Assembly (NCBI GenBank): GCA_028826165.1
Contig: JAPDFW010000098.1
Location: forward strand, 175,173-239,172
Source: Anaeramoeba ignava BMAN
Taxonomy: Eukaryota > Protista > Anaeramoebae
Direction: 5' to 3'
DNA: 64,000 nt
The translations under genes were made by a program, and so were the position numbers. Shown here in pieces: positions 28,144-39,548 of this stretch; position 1 is the first letter of the stretch, and each line of letters starts with the position of its first letter. The notes under the pieces are model-generated. The model was not told the origin of the DNA. It worked only from the letters and a program-made list of their open reading frames with translations, and did not search any database.

Positions 28144-29150
28144 TTATTTTTTTTCTTTATCTTGTCTTATTAAATTCATTAACCATGACATTTCTTCTGC
28201 AACATCAATAATGTTTATTTTTCCTTCTTTATCTTCTTTTGAATCTCCTTTATTATAACCAACAGTTAACTATTTAAAAAAAATCAAAATTAAAATTTTT
28301 GGATTTTGATTTTTAAATATTTATTTACATTCCAATAAGTTGAACCAGGAATAATAAATCCAAGTGGTGTAAAGAAATAATTTAATTGTGAAAATGTTCC
28401 TGCTGCTCCTCCTCTTCTATTTACTGCAATAGAAGCTCCAACTTTATGATAAAATGGACTATGACCTTTTTCATCTCTATTTAGTGCTGCAATCTTATTT
28501 TAATATTAATTTTAATTTTAATTTTAATTTTGATTTTAATATAAATTTTAATATTAATATTAATATTAATTTTAATATTAATATTAATTTTAAATTTAAT
28601 TTTAATTTTAATTTTAATTAATTTTAATTTTAATTTTAATTTTAATTTAAATTTTAATTTTAATTTTAATTTTAATTTTAATTTTAATTTTAATATGAAT
28701 TTTAATTTTAATTTTAATTTTAAATTTAATTTTAATTATAATTTTAATTTTAAATTTAATTTAAATTTTAATTTTTGGATTGTAATTAAATGTTTAAAAA
28801 AAAGGAAAAAGAATTACAATTCCAACACGATCAATAAAAGTTTTAATTTGACCACTAGGACCAGCAACATAAACAGGAGAAGCAATAATAACACCATCAG
28901 ATTCTTTAATTTTTTGATAACATTCATTAACACAATCATCTTCTATAACACATTTTTCAGTTTTATAACAACTTCTACAATCTAAACAACCTTGTGTTAT
29001 TTTTTTTCCAATTTGGATACTTTCTGTTTTAATGTTTTTATCTTTAAAAACATCAAACATTGTTTCAATCATCCAATGTGTATTCCCTCGATATCTTGGA
29101 CTTCCGTTAACTGCAAATACTTTTAATGGTTTTTTTATTAAATCACTCAT
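28144..29150 (-). CDS. isf: Iron-sulfur flavoprotein (Isf, NADPH-dependent FMN reductase fold), copy A, 3 exons
   Basis: NGSPRYRGNT, Cx2Cx2Cx5C (CLDCRSCYKTEKC), IIASPVY, KTFIDR, RRGG, PGSTYWN. Confidence 0.9.
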
Positions 29151-29761
29151 TAATTAAGAAAAATGTGAAAAATGAAAAATGAAAAATGAAAAATGAAAAA
29201 AAAAAGCAAAAATTTTTCTTGTTTTTTTTTGATTTAATTTGGTTCTTTGATTTTTGGAAATTTCTTTAAATTTCAATTTAAATATTATTTTAAATTAACT
29301 ATTAAATTAAATATTTATTATTTTATTAAAATAAATTAAATCCAAAAAAAGTGGAATAATTTATTAAATTAATCAAAAAAATATGAATATTTACTTAATA
29401 AAATATTTATAAATAAAAATAATATTATTTTAAGATAAATATTAAAAATATAATATTATTTTTAAATAAAAATATTAAATTAAATATTATTATTTTATTA
29501 AAAATATTAAATTTAAATCCAAAAAGTGGAATAATTTTTAAATTTCAAAAAAATTAATCAAAAAAATATAAACTATATTTATTTTTTAAAATAAATAAAA
29601 AAATAATTTATTAAATTCAAAAATATAAATATTTACTTAATAAAATATTCTTTAAGATCAAATAAAAATAAATATTATTTTAAATTAAATATTAAATTAA
29701 TTATTTATTATTTTTTTATTTAAATCAAAATGAAAAAAAGTGGAATTAAGAAAAAAGTGAA

Positions 29762-30888
29762 TTATTTTTTCTTTATCTTGTCTTATTAAATTCATTAACC
29801 ATGACATTTCTTCTGCAACATCAATAATATTGAATTTTCCTTCTTTATCTTCTTTTGAATCTCCTTTATTATAACCAACAGTTAACTATTTAAAAAAAAT
29901 CAAAATTAAAATTTTTGGATTTTGATTTTTAAATATTTATTTACATTCCAATAAGTTGAACCAGGAATAATAAAACTATGGGCTAAAAAGAGATAATTTA
30001 ATTGTGAAAATGTTCCTGCTGCTCCTCCTCTTCTATTTACTGCAATAGAAGCTCCAACTTTATGATAAAATGGACTATGACGCTTTTTATCTCTATTCAT
30101 TGATGCCAACTTATTTTAATTTTAATTTTAATTTTAATTTTAATTTTAATTTTAATTTTAATTTTAATTTTAATTTTAATTTTAATATTAATTTTGATTT
30201 TAATTTTATAAATGAATTTTAATTTTAATTTTAATTTTGATTTTAATTTTATTTTTAATATTGATTTTAATTTTAATTTTAATTTTAATTTTAATATTAA
30301 TTTTAATTTTGATTTTGATTTTGATTTTAATTTTATAAATGAATTTTAATTTTAATTTTAATTTTAATTTTAATTTCAATTTAAATTTTATTTTTAATTT
30401 TAATATTGATTTTAATTTTAAATTTAATTTTAATTTTGATTTTAATTTTAATTTTAATTTTAATTTTAATTTTGATTTTAAATTTAAATTTAATTTTAAT
30501 TTTAATTTTAATTTTTGGATTGTAATTAAATGTTTAAAAAAAAGGAAAAATCTACATGACCAACACGATCAATAAAAGTTCTAATTTGACCACTAGGACC
30601 AGCAATATAAACAGGAGAAGCAATAATAACACCATCAGATTCTTTAATTTTTTGATAGCATTCATTAATACAATCATCTTCTATAGCACATTTTTCAGTT
30701 TTATAACAACTTCTACAATCTAAACAACCTTGTATCATTTTTTTTCCAATTTGGATACTTTCTGTTTTAATGTTTTTATCTTTAAAAACATCAAACATTG
30801 TTTCAATCATCCAATGTGTATTCCCTCGATATCTTGGACTTCCGTTAACTGCAAATACTTTTAATGGTTTTTTTATTAAATCACTCAT
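29762..30888 (-). CDS. isf: Iron-sulfur flavoprotein (Isf), copy B, tandem duplicate, 3 exons
   Basis: Same motifs and intron positions as copy A, with near-identical upstream sequence. The stop position depends on a homopolymer length. Confidence 0.9.
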
Positions 30889-31004
30889 TAATTAAGAAAA
30901 ATGTGAAAAATGAAAAATGAAAAATGAAAAAAAAAAGCAAAAATTTTTCTTGTTTTTTTTTGATTTAATTTGGTTCTTTGATTTTTGGAAATTTCTTTAA
31001 ATTT

Positions 31005-31730
31005 CAATTTAAATATTATTTCAAATTAACTATTAAATTAATTATATATTATTTTATTAAAATAAATTAAATCCAAAAAAAGTGGAATAATTTATTAAAT
31101 TAATCAAAAAAATATGAATATTTACTTAATAAAATATTTATTAAATTAAAATAATCTTTAAGATCAAATAAAAATAAATATTATTTTAAATTAAATATTA
31201 AATTAATTATATATTATTTTATTAAAATAAATTAAATCCAAAAAAAGTGGAATAATTTATTAAATTATTCAAAAAAATATGAATATTTACTTAATAAAAT
31301 ATTTATTAAATAAAAATATTCTTTAAGATCAAATAAAAATAAATATTATTTCAAATTAAATATTAAATTAATTATTTATTATTTTGTTAAAATAAATTAA
31401 ATCTAAAAAAGTGGAATAATTTATTAAATTAATCAAAAAATATAAATATTTACTTAATAAAATATTTATTAAATAAAAATATTCTTTAAGATCAAATAAA
31501 AATAAATATTATTTTAAATTAACTATTGAATTAATTATATATTATTTTGTTAAAATAAATTAAATCTAAAAAAAGTGGAATAATTTATTAAATTAATCAA
31601 AAAAATATAAATATTTACTTAATAAAATATTTATTAAATTAAAATATTCTTTAAGATCAAATAAAAATAAATATTATTTCAAATTAAATATTAAATTAAT
31701 TATTTATTATTTTATTAAAATAAATTAACT
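31005..31730. repeat. Tandem array of ~164-bp AT-rich units (about 4.5 copies); degenerate version at ~29270-29750
   Basis: The GTGGAATAA anchor recurs at ~31082, 31247, 31411 and 31575. Confidence 0.9.
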
Positions 31731-32209
31731 GAATTGAAAAAAAAACAAATTTTCTTTATAAAATATTTTTTTAAAAATTTTTCAAATAATCCCTCTAAAT
31801 GATCAGAAAATAAAAGGAAAATAAAAGGAAAATAAAAGGAAAATAAAAGGAAAATTTTAAGAATAAAAGAACTTAAATTAAATTAAATTAAATTAAATGA
31901 AATTAAATCAAATTTATGAAGATATTTCAAAGTGATTAAACTCAACATGACGTGGTAAAGAAAAAGAATAAAAAAAAATTTTTTTTTAAATTAAAATTAA
32001 TTAAAAAAAACAAAAGATCACTTTTCTTTCAATTCATTTTTTTTCTTTTTTAAAAAATTTTTTCTATTAATTTTTGTTTTTGTTTTTTTGTTGTTTTTGT
32101 TGTTTTAATTAATCAAATAAATTGCAAATTTAAATTAAAAAATATAATTAAAAATTTTATTTAAAGAAAAAATTTTTTTATTCAATAATTTTTAATTTTG
32201 AATATTATT

Positions 32210-34114
32210 ATGATTAAATTTCCAAAACTTTTTACAACCTTTTCATTCAATAATCCAATCAATTCAAATAAAATTGAAAACTATTTAAATATTTCAACAA
32301 ATCAATTTGATTATCAAAAAAAAACAAATATAAATGAATCAAGTTTAATAAGTAAACAAAATAAAGGAAAATTTAGATCAAATTACAATCAAAAAAAGAA
32401 TTTAAAAGGAATTGAATTAATTAAAGAAAAAAGAATGAAGAAAAAAACAAGTTTAGAAAAAGGAAATTCAAAAAGAATAAATTTAAGAGATGATTATTTA
32501 GCAATTGATAAAGAAATGGATATTGATAATCAATTAATTCAAAATGATTTAAATGAAAATGATTTAATTCAAAGTGATTTAATTCAAAATGATTTAATTC
32601 AAAATCAATTAATTCAAAATGATTTAATTCAAAATGATTTAATTCAAAGTGATTTAATTCAAAATGATTTAATTCAAAGTGATTTAATTCAAAATGATTT
32701 AATTCAAAATGATTTAATTCAAAATGATTTAATTCAAAATGATTTAATTCAAAATGATTTAATTCAAAATGATTTAAATGAAAATGATTTAATTCAAAAT
32801 GATTTAATTCAAAATGATTTAATTCAAAATGATTTAATTCAAAATGATTTAATTCAAAATGATTTAATTCAAAATGATTTTAATATTCAAAAAAAACCAT
32901 TCAAATCTAATATTGATAAACATGTTAGTCTTCCAACTTTTGATCACATTCCAAATAATTTTGGCTCTTATCCATTTAATATCAATCAAAAAATTCATCA
33001 AAAAATCAAGAAAAAATTAGAAATCCTATTTGAAAAATTTCTTAATCAAACAAAAGAAGAATCAAAAAAATCATTCACTAATTTTTGTACTTTCCAGATC
33101 AATTCAAATCAAATCGATCCAAATAAACGAGAACATTTAAAATCAAGATTCAACTCACTTTCTCAAATTAATTTTGCCAATCGCTGTTTAACAGATAACC
33201 ATCTTGAAATGATGTTAGAAAAAGAAAAAAGCTTCCAAAAAGAAAAGATCCAAAATTCCAAAATTCACAATCAAAATTATCGGAATAAAATGATTGATTC
33301 CATTTCATTTTCTTGTCACGAACTTGATCTTACGAAAGAAACCTTTTATTTATCAATTGAATATTTTGAACGTTTGATTAATTTAATTCCAAATAAAATT
33401 TCACATCAAGAAAAATTGTATCAAAACGCTTGCATATTACTTGCTGCTAAAATGAATGAAGAAGAGGTTCCTTCAATTTCTCTTTTTGCTCCTTTCTTTG
33501 AATTTGATCAAAATTACGATCAAAAATTGATCGAAGCTGAAAAGGAAATTTTAAAAATATTCAATTATAAATTAACAGATCCAACAATTAACAGTTTTTT
33601 GATTTATTTTTTGGATCGAGCAAGATGGTGTTTCCCAATAGAATCCTTTCCAAGCTTGGCTAAAGGTAGCATAGATTATGATTTGGTTCACGAGTATTCA
33701 AGTATTATTTCACATATTCCGAAAAAGCATGATCAACTTCAAAATCCAAAAGATATTCAATTTGTGGAACGTTTTTTCAAGATTCCAAAATTCCCAAAGG
33801 ATCTGTATTGGATCATTTGTGAGATTATTAATCTTGCTCTTCGTGATGTTAAAAGCCTTCAATTCCAACCGAGTCTTATTGCAGCTGCTGCTTTTTCTTG
33901 TTATTTTCGTGATCCAAAACTTGTTGAATTAATTACAACTTTTTCTCAAGAAAATTTATTTCAATGTAAAAATTGGATTTCAAAATATGATCGTTCTCAA
34001 AGAAGAGCATTTAAAATCAATGATGAATTTCTTGATTTGATTAAAGAAGATGAAGTTTTTTTTCATTTTCATAACGTATCAGCTAATGAATTTATAAGAA
34101 GATTTTTAGATTAA
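32210..34114 (+). CDS. Cyclin-box protein (A/B/E-like) with N-terminal (NDLIQ)n repeat, intronless
   Basis: YRNKMIDSI...ETFYLSIEYFER, ACILLAAKMNEEEVP, EAEKEILKIFNYKL..PTINSFL, FQPSLIAAAA. Confidence 0.85.
   Translation: MIKFPKLFTTFSFNNPINSNKIENYLNISTNQFDYQKKTNINESSLISKQNKGKFRSNYNQKKNLKGIELIKEKRMKKKTSLEKGNSKRINLRDDYLAIDKEMDIDNQLIQNDLNENDLIQSDLIQNDLIQNQLIQNDLIQNDLIQSDLIQNDLIQSDLIQNDLIQNDLIQNDLIQNDLIQNDLIQNDLNENDLIQNDLIQNDLIQNDLIQNDLIQNDLIQNDFNIQKKPFKSNIDKHVSLPTFDHIPNNFGSYPFNINQKIHQKIKKKLEILFEKFLNQTKEESKKSFTNFCTFQINSNQIDPNKREHLKSRFNSLSQINFANRCLTDNHLEMMLEKEKSFQKEKIQNSKIHNQNYRNKMIDSISFSCHELDLTKETFYLSIEYFERLINLIPNKISHQEKLYQNACILLAAKMNEEEVPSISLFAPFFEFDQNYDQKLIEAEKEILKIFNYKLTDPTINSFLIYFLDRARWCFPIESFPSLAKGSIDYDLVHEYSSIISHIPKKHDQLQNPKDIQFVERFFKIPKFPKDLYWIICEIINLALRDVKSLQFQPSLIAAAAFSCYFRDPKLVELITTFSQENLFQCKNWISKYDRSQRRAFKINDEFLDLIKEDEVFFHFHNVSANEFIRRFLD
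32525..32882 (+). repeat. Coding 15-bp minisatellite AATGATTTAATTCAA
   Basis: More than 20 tandem units encoding NDLIQ variants. Confidence 0.95.
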
Positions 34115-34335
34115 AATGCAAAAATTTGAACTAGTGAAAAATTTTATTCTTCTTTTTTTTCCATTTAATTTTAATTTTTAATTTTCTTTTTAAGTTTAAT
34201 TTTTCTTTTTAATTTTGATTTTTTAGTTTCATTTAGATTTCTAATTTCAACATTAAAAATTTTTAGTTGCAAAAAAATTTTTTCATTTTTTCATTAATTC
34301 AAAATAAAAATAAAAATAAAAATAAAATAGAAAAA

Positions 34336-37300
34336 ATGTCTGAAAAAGAATCACAAAATGAATTAATAGAAACAGATACAGATATAAATGAGAGTGAAAG
34401 TGAAAATGAAAATGAAAATAAAAAAATTCCAAAACGTTCTTGGCAAAAGCTTTTATTGTTGAGTATATGTTTAGCTGGTGTTATATTTGCTTATGCTCAA
34501 CAAATTGGTCAAATGACTGCATTTTTTCGTGAATTAGGTCTTTCTCAAACAGTTGTATCAATAATGTAATTAATTATTTATAAAATTATTTATAAAATTA
34601 TTTATAAAATTATTTACAAAATTATTTATAAAATTAATTATAAAATTATTTATAAAATTAATTATAAAATTATTTATAAAATTAATTATAAAATTAAATA
34701 TAAAATTATTTATAAGTTTATTACAAGTTTATTTATAAAATTATTTATAAAATTATTTATAAGTTTATTTATAAGTTTATTTACAAGTTTATTTATAAGT
34801 TTATTTATAAAATTATTTACAAAATTATATATAAAATTATTTATAAAATTATTTATAAAATTATTTATAAAATTATTTATAAAATTATTTATAAAATTAA
34901 ATATAAAATTATTTATAAAATTATTTATAAAATTATTTATAAAATTATTTATAAAATTATTTATAAAATTATTTATAAAATTATTTATAAAATTTTATAA
35001 AATTATTTTATAAAATTATTTATAAAAAATATAATTATTTATAAAATTATTTATAAAATTATTTATAAAAATTATTTATAAAATTTATTTATAAAATTAT
35101 TTATAAAATTATTTATAAAATTATTTATAAAATTATTTTAAAATTAATAAAAATTATTTATTATTTATAAAAATTATTTATAAAATTATTTACAAAATTA
35201 TTTATAAAATTATTTATAAAATTATTTATAAAAATTATTTATAAAATTATTTATAAAATTATTTACAAAATTATTTATAAAATTATTTATAAAATTATTT
35301 ACAAGTTTATTTATAAGTTTATTTACAAAATTATTTACAAGTTTATTTACAAGTTTATTTACAAGTTTATTTACAAGTTTATTTACAAGTTTATTTACAA
35401 ATTTATTTATAAGTTTATTTATAAAATTATTTATTTATATAAAATTATTTATAAAATTATTTATTTATAAAATTATTTATAAAATTATTTACAAGTTTAT
35501 TTTAAAATTAAGTTTATTTATAAAATTATTTACAAGTTTATTTACAAAGTTTATTTACAAGTTTATTTACAAGTTTATTTTACAAGTTTATTTTATAAAA
35601 TTATTCATTTATAAATTTATTTAAGTTTATTTATAAGTTTATTTTTAAAAGTTTATTTTAAAATTTATTTATAAAATTATTTATAAAATTATTTATAAAA
35701 TTATTTATAAAATTATTTATAAGTTTATTTACAAGTTTATTTACAAGTTTATTTACAAGTTTATACAAGTTTACAAAAGTTTATTTATAAAATTATTTAT
35801 AAAATTATTTATAAGTTTATTTATAAAATTATTTATAAAATTATTTATAAGTTTATTTATAAAATTATTTATAAAATTATTTATAAAATTATTTATAAAA
35901 TTATTTATAAAATTATTTATAAAATTATTTATAAGTTTATTTATAAGTTTATTTATAAAATTATTTACAAGTTTATTTACAAGTTTATTTACAAGTTTAT
36001 TTATAAATTTAATTATAAAATTATTTATAAAATTATTTATAAAATTATTTATAAAATTATTTATAAAATTATTTATAAAATTATTTATAAAATTATTTAT
36101 AAAATTATTTACAAAATTATTTATAAAATTATTTATAAAATTATTTATAAAATTATTTATAAAATTATTTATATAAAATTATTTATAAAATTATTTATAT
36201 AATAGATGGGTTGCTGGTCCAATAAGTGGATTTTTAGTACAACCCCTTGTTGGAATTTGGAGTGATCGGTAAAAAAAATTTAATTGAGTTATTAATCAAA
36301 ATTAATAAAAAAATATATAAAACTAGATCCACAAGTAGATGGGGAAGAAGACGTCCATTCTTACTTGGAGGTGCTATTTTTGTGGTTTTATCCGAAATTT
36401 TGGTTTCTAATTCACGTGATTTAGGATCTAAAATGGGTGACACACCATCTCATAATCCAGCAGCAATTACTCTTGCTGTAATCGGATTTTGGATTATGGA
36501 TCTTGCTAATAACACACTTCAAGGTCCAAGTAGAGCTTTATTAGCTGATTGGGCACCTGATTACCAACAAAAACTTGGAAGCGCGTTTTTTTCTCTTTGG
36601 GTTGGTGTTGGAAATGTTGGTGGTTATTTTTCTGGTTCTGTTGACTGGTAATGTCAGTTTGAAAAAAAAAAGGAAAAAAAAATTTTTTTTCTTTTCAGTT
36701 TTTGATCAAATTTGATCAAAAGGTGAAAAAAAAGTTTTATTCTTTTAAATTGGAAAATCTTTTTTCTTGATTCTGAATTCTTTTTATTTAGGTCGAGTTA
36801 TTTTTCCACTTTTGAAACGAGTAATTGCAAAAATGCTTGTGCAAATTTAAGATTTTCTTTTATGATTGGAGGAATTATAATTTTAACAACAAATCTAATC
36901 ACACTTTTTGCAATTAAAGAAGAAAGATTTATAAAAAGCAAAAATAAGAACAAAAAAGCGCCGAATCCATTTACTATGTTATTCAAAGGAATTACAAAGC
37001 AACCGAAATGGTTCAAATTGGTTAATCTTGTGAATTTTTTAAGTTGGATTGGTTGGTATTGTTTTTTTATGTATGGAACAGATTGGTTTGGAAGTAGGAT
37101 TTATAACGGAAAACCCAAAAATCCATGTCCCGATTATCCAAAACATTCGGATTGTTTAAAGTATGAAAAGGGAGTAGCAAGAGGATCACTTGCATTAACA
37201 TTTGAATCAGGATTATGTTTAATACTTTCGCCATTTGTGCCCAGAATTATTGACAAAATTGGGATCAAAATTACATATTTTATCGGACAAGTTGTTTTTG

Positions 37301-37758
37301 GAATTGTTTTATGTTTGACAGTTTTTGTGAGAAATGAAGCTGTTGCAATGATAATGTTTGCTTTTGTTGGAATTCCTTTAGCAACAACAATGATTATTCC
37401 ATATACGATTATAGGCAAATTAGCGCCTAAAAAAGATAATGGTTTATTTATGGGAATTCGTAACTTATTTGTTGTTATTCCTCAATTAATTGTTTCACTT
37501 ACAATGGGTGCTTTGGTTTCTCATCCTTTCAAAGGAAATTCTTCTTGGGCAATGTTTGTTGGTGGTATTTTTGAGTTTGTTGGTGCTGGTTGTGTTTTTC
37601 TGTTGATTGTTGATAAATCTGAACTTTCTGTTGAAGAAAAGAAAAAATTATTAGAAAATGAAAATGAAAATGAAAATGGAAATGAAAATGAAATTGAAAA
37701 TGAGATTGGAATTGGAATTGGAATTGGAATTGAAAATGAGAATGAAAATGAAAATTGA
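34336..37758 (+). CDS. SLC45/SUC-type (GPH/MFS) sugar:H+ transporter, 4 exons
   Basis: [70 protein letters not shown]. Confidence 0.9.
34570..36200. repeat. Intronic 12-mer array (AAATTATTTATA / AAGTTTATTTAC)
   Basis: About 1.6 kb. The same unit occurs in introns at ~12295-12810 and ~17930-18450. Confidence 0.95.
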
Positions 37759-37879
37759 GATTGGAATTGATCCAAAAATTGATCCAAAAAATATTGTTAA
37801 TTGATTTAAAATTTTTTTTATTTGAAAGTAAACAAATCTTTTTTTTTAAACTTTATTTTACATTTTTATTTGATTAAAT

Positions 37880-39365
37880 TATAATTAAATAATTTTATAA
37901 TTTAAATTAATTTTTTTAAATTTATTTATTGATTATTTTTATTCCACTTTTTTTTAATTAAATTATAACTTAAATAAATAATTATTTTATTTATAAATAA
38001 ATTAATAATTTTAAATAGAAATATTGAATAAATTATTTTATAATTTAAATTAATTTTTTTAAATTAATTTATTTATTATTTTTATTCCACTTTTTTTTAA
38101 TTAAATTATAAGTTAAATAAATTAATATTTTATTTATAAATTAATTAATATCTTTAAATAGAAATATTGAATAAATAATTTTATAATTTAAATTAATTTT
38201 TAAACTTATTTATTGATTATTTTTATTCCACTTTTTTTTAATTAAATTATAAGTTAAATAAATTAATATTTTATTTATAAATAAATTAATAATTTTTGAA
38301 TAGAAATATTGAATAAATAGTTTTATAATTTAAATTAATTTTTTTAAATTTATTTATTGATTATTTTTATTCCACTTTTTTTTAATTAAATTATAACTTA
38401 AATAAATAATTATTTTATTTATAAATAAATAAATATTTTTGAATAGAAATATTGAATAAATAATTTTATAATTTAAATTAATTTTTTAAATTAATTTATT
38501 TATTATTTTTATTCCAATTTTTTTTAATTAAATTATAAGTTAAATAAATTAATATTTTATTTATAAATAAATTAATAATTTTTGAATAGAAATATTGAAT
38601 AAATAGTTTTATAATTTAAATTAATTTTTTTATACTTATTTATTTATTATTTTTATTCCACTTTTTTTTAATTAAATTATAAGTTAAATAAATTAATATT
38701 TTATTTATAAATAAATTAATAATTTTGAATAGAAATATTGAATAAATAATTTTATAATTTAAATTAATTTTTTTAAACTTATTTATTGATTATTTTTATT
38801 CCACTTTTTAATTAAATTATAAGTTAAATAAATAATTATTTTATTTATAAATTAAATTAATATCTTTGAATAGAAATATTGAATAAATAATTTTATAATT
38901 TAAATTAATTTTTTTAAACTTATTTATTGATTATTTTTATTCCACTTTTTAATTAAATTATAACTTAAATAAATAATTATTTTATTTATAAATAAATAAA
39001 TATTTTTGAATAGAAATATTGAATAAATAATTTTATAATTTAAATTAATTTTTTTAAATTAATTTATTTATTATTTTTATTCCAATTTTTTTTAATTAAA
39101 TTATAAGTTAAATAAATTAATATTTTATTTATAAATAAATTAATAATTTTGAATAGAAATATTGAATAAATTGTTTTATAATTTAAATTAATTTTTTTAT
39201 ACTTATTTATTTATTATTTTTATTCCACTTTTTTTTAATTAAATTATAAGTTAAATAAATAATTATTTTATTTATAAATAAATTAATATTTTTGAATAGA
39301 AATATTGAATAAATTGTTTTATAATTTAAATTAATTTTTTTAAACTTATTTATTGATTATTTTTA
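37880..39365. repeat. Tandem array of ~143-bp AT-rich units (about 10 copies)
   Basis: GAAATATTGAATAAA recurs at ~38018, 38161, 38303, 38446, 38589, 38732, 38873, 39013, 39156 and 39299. Confidence 0.95.
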
Positions 39366-39548
39366 TTAGGATTAAGATTTAATTAAAAAAAAAAAGAAAG
39401 AAATAATAATTAATCATTAAATACAAAAAATTAATAATTTAAATAAAAAATTTAAATAAAAAATTTTTTTCCTTTTTTCTTTTTTTCATTTTTTTTCCCT
39501 TTTTTAAATTGTTTTTCTTTTTATTTTTGTTATTATTATTATTATTGA

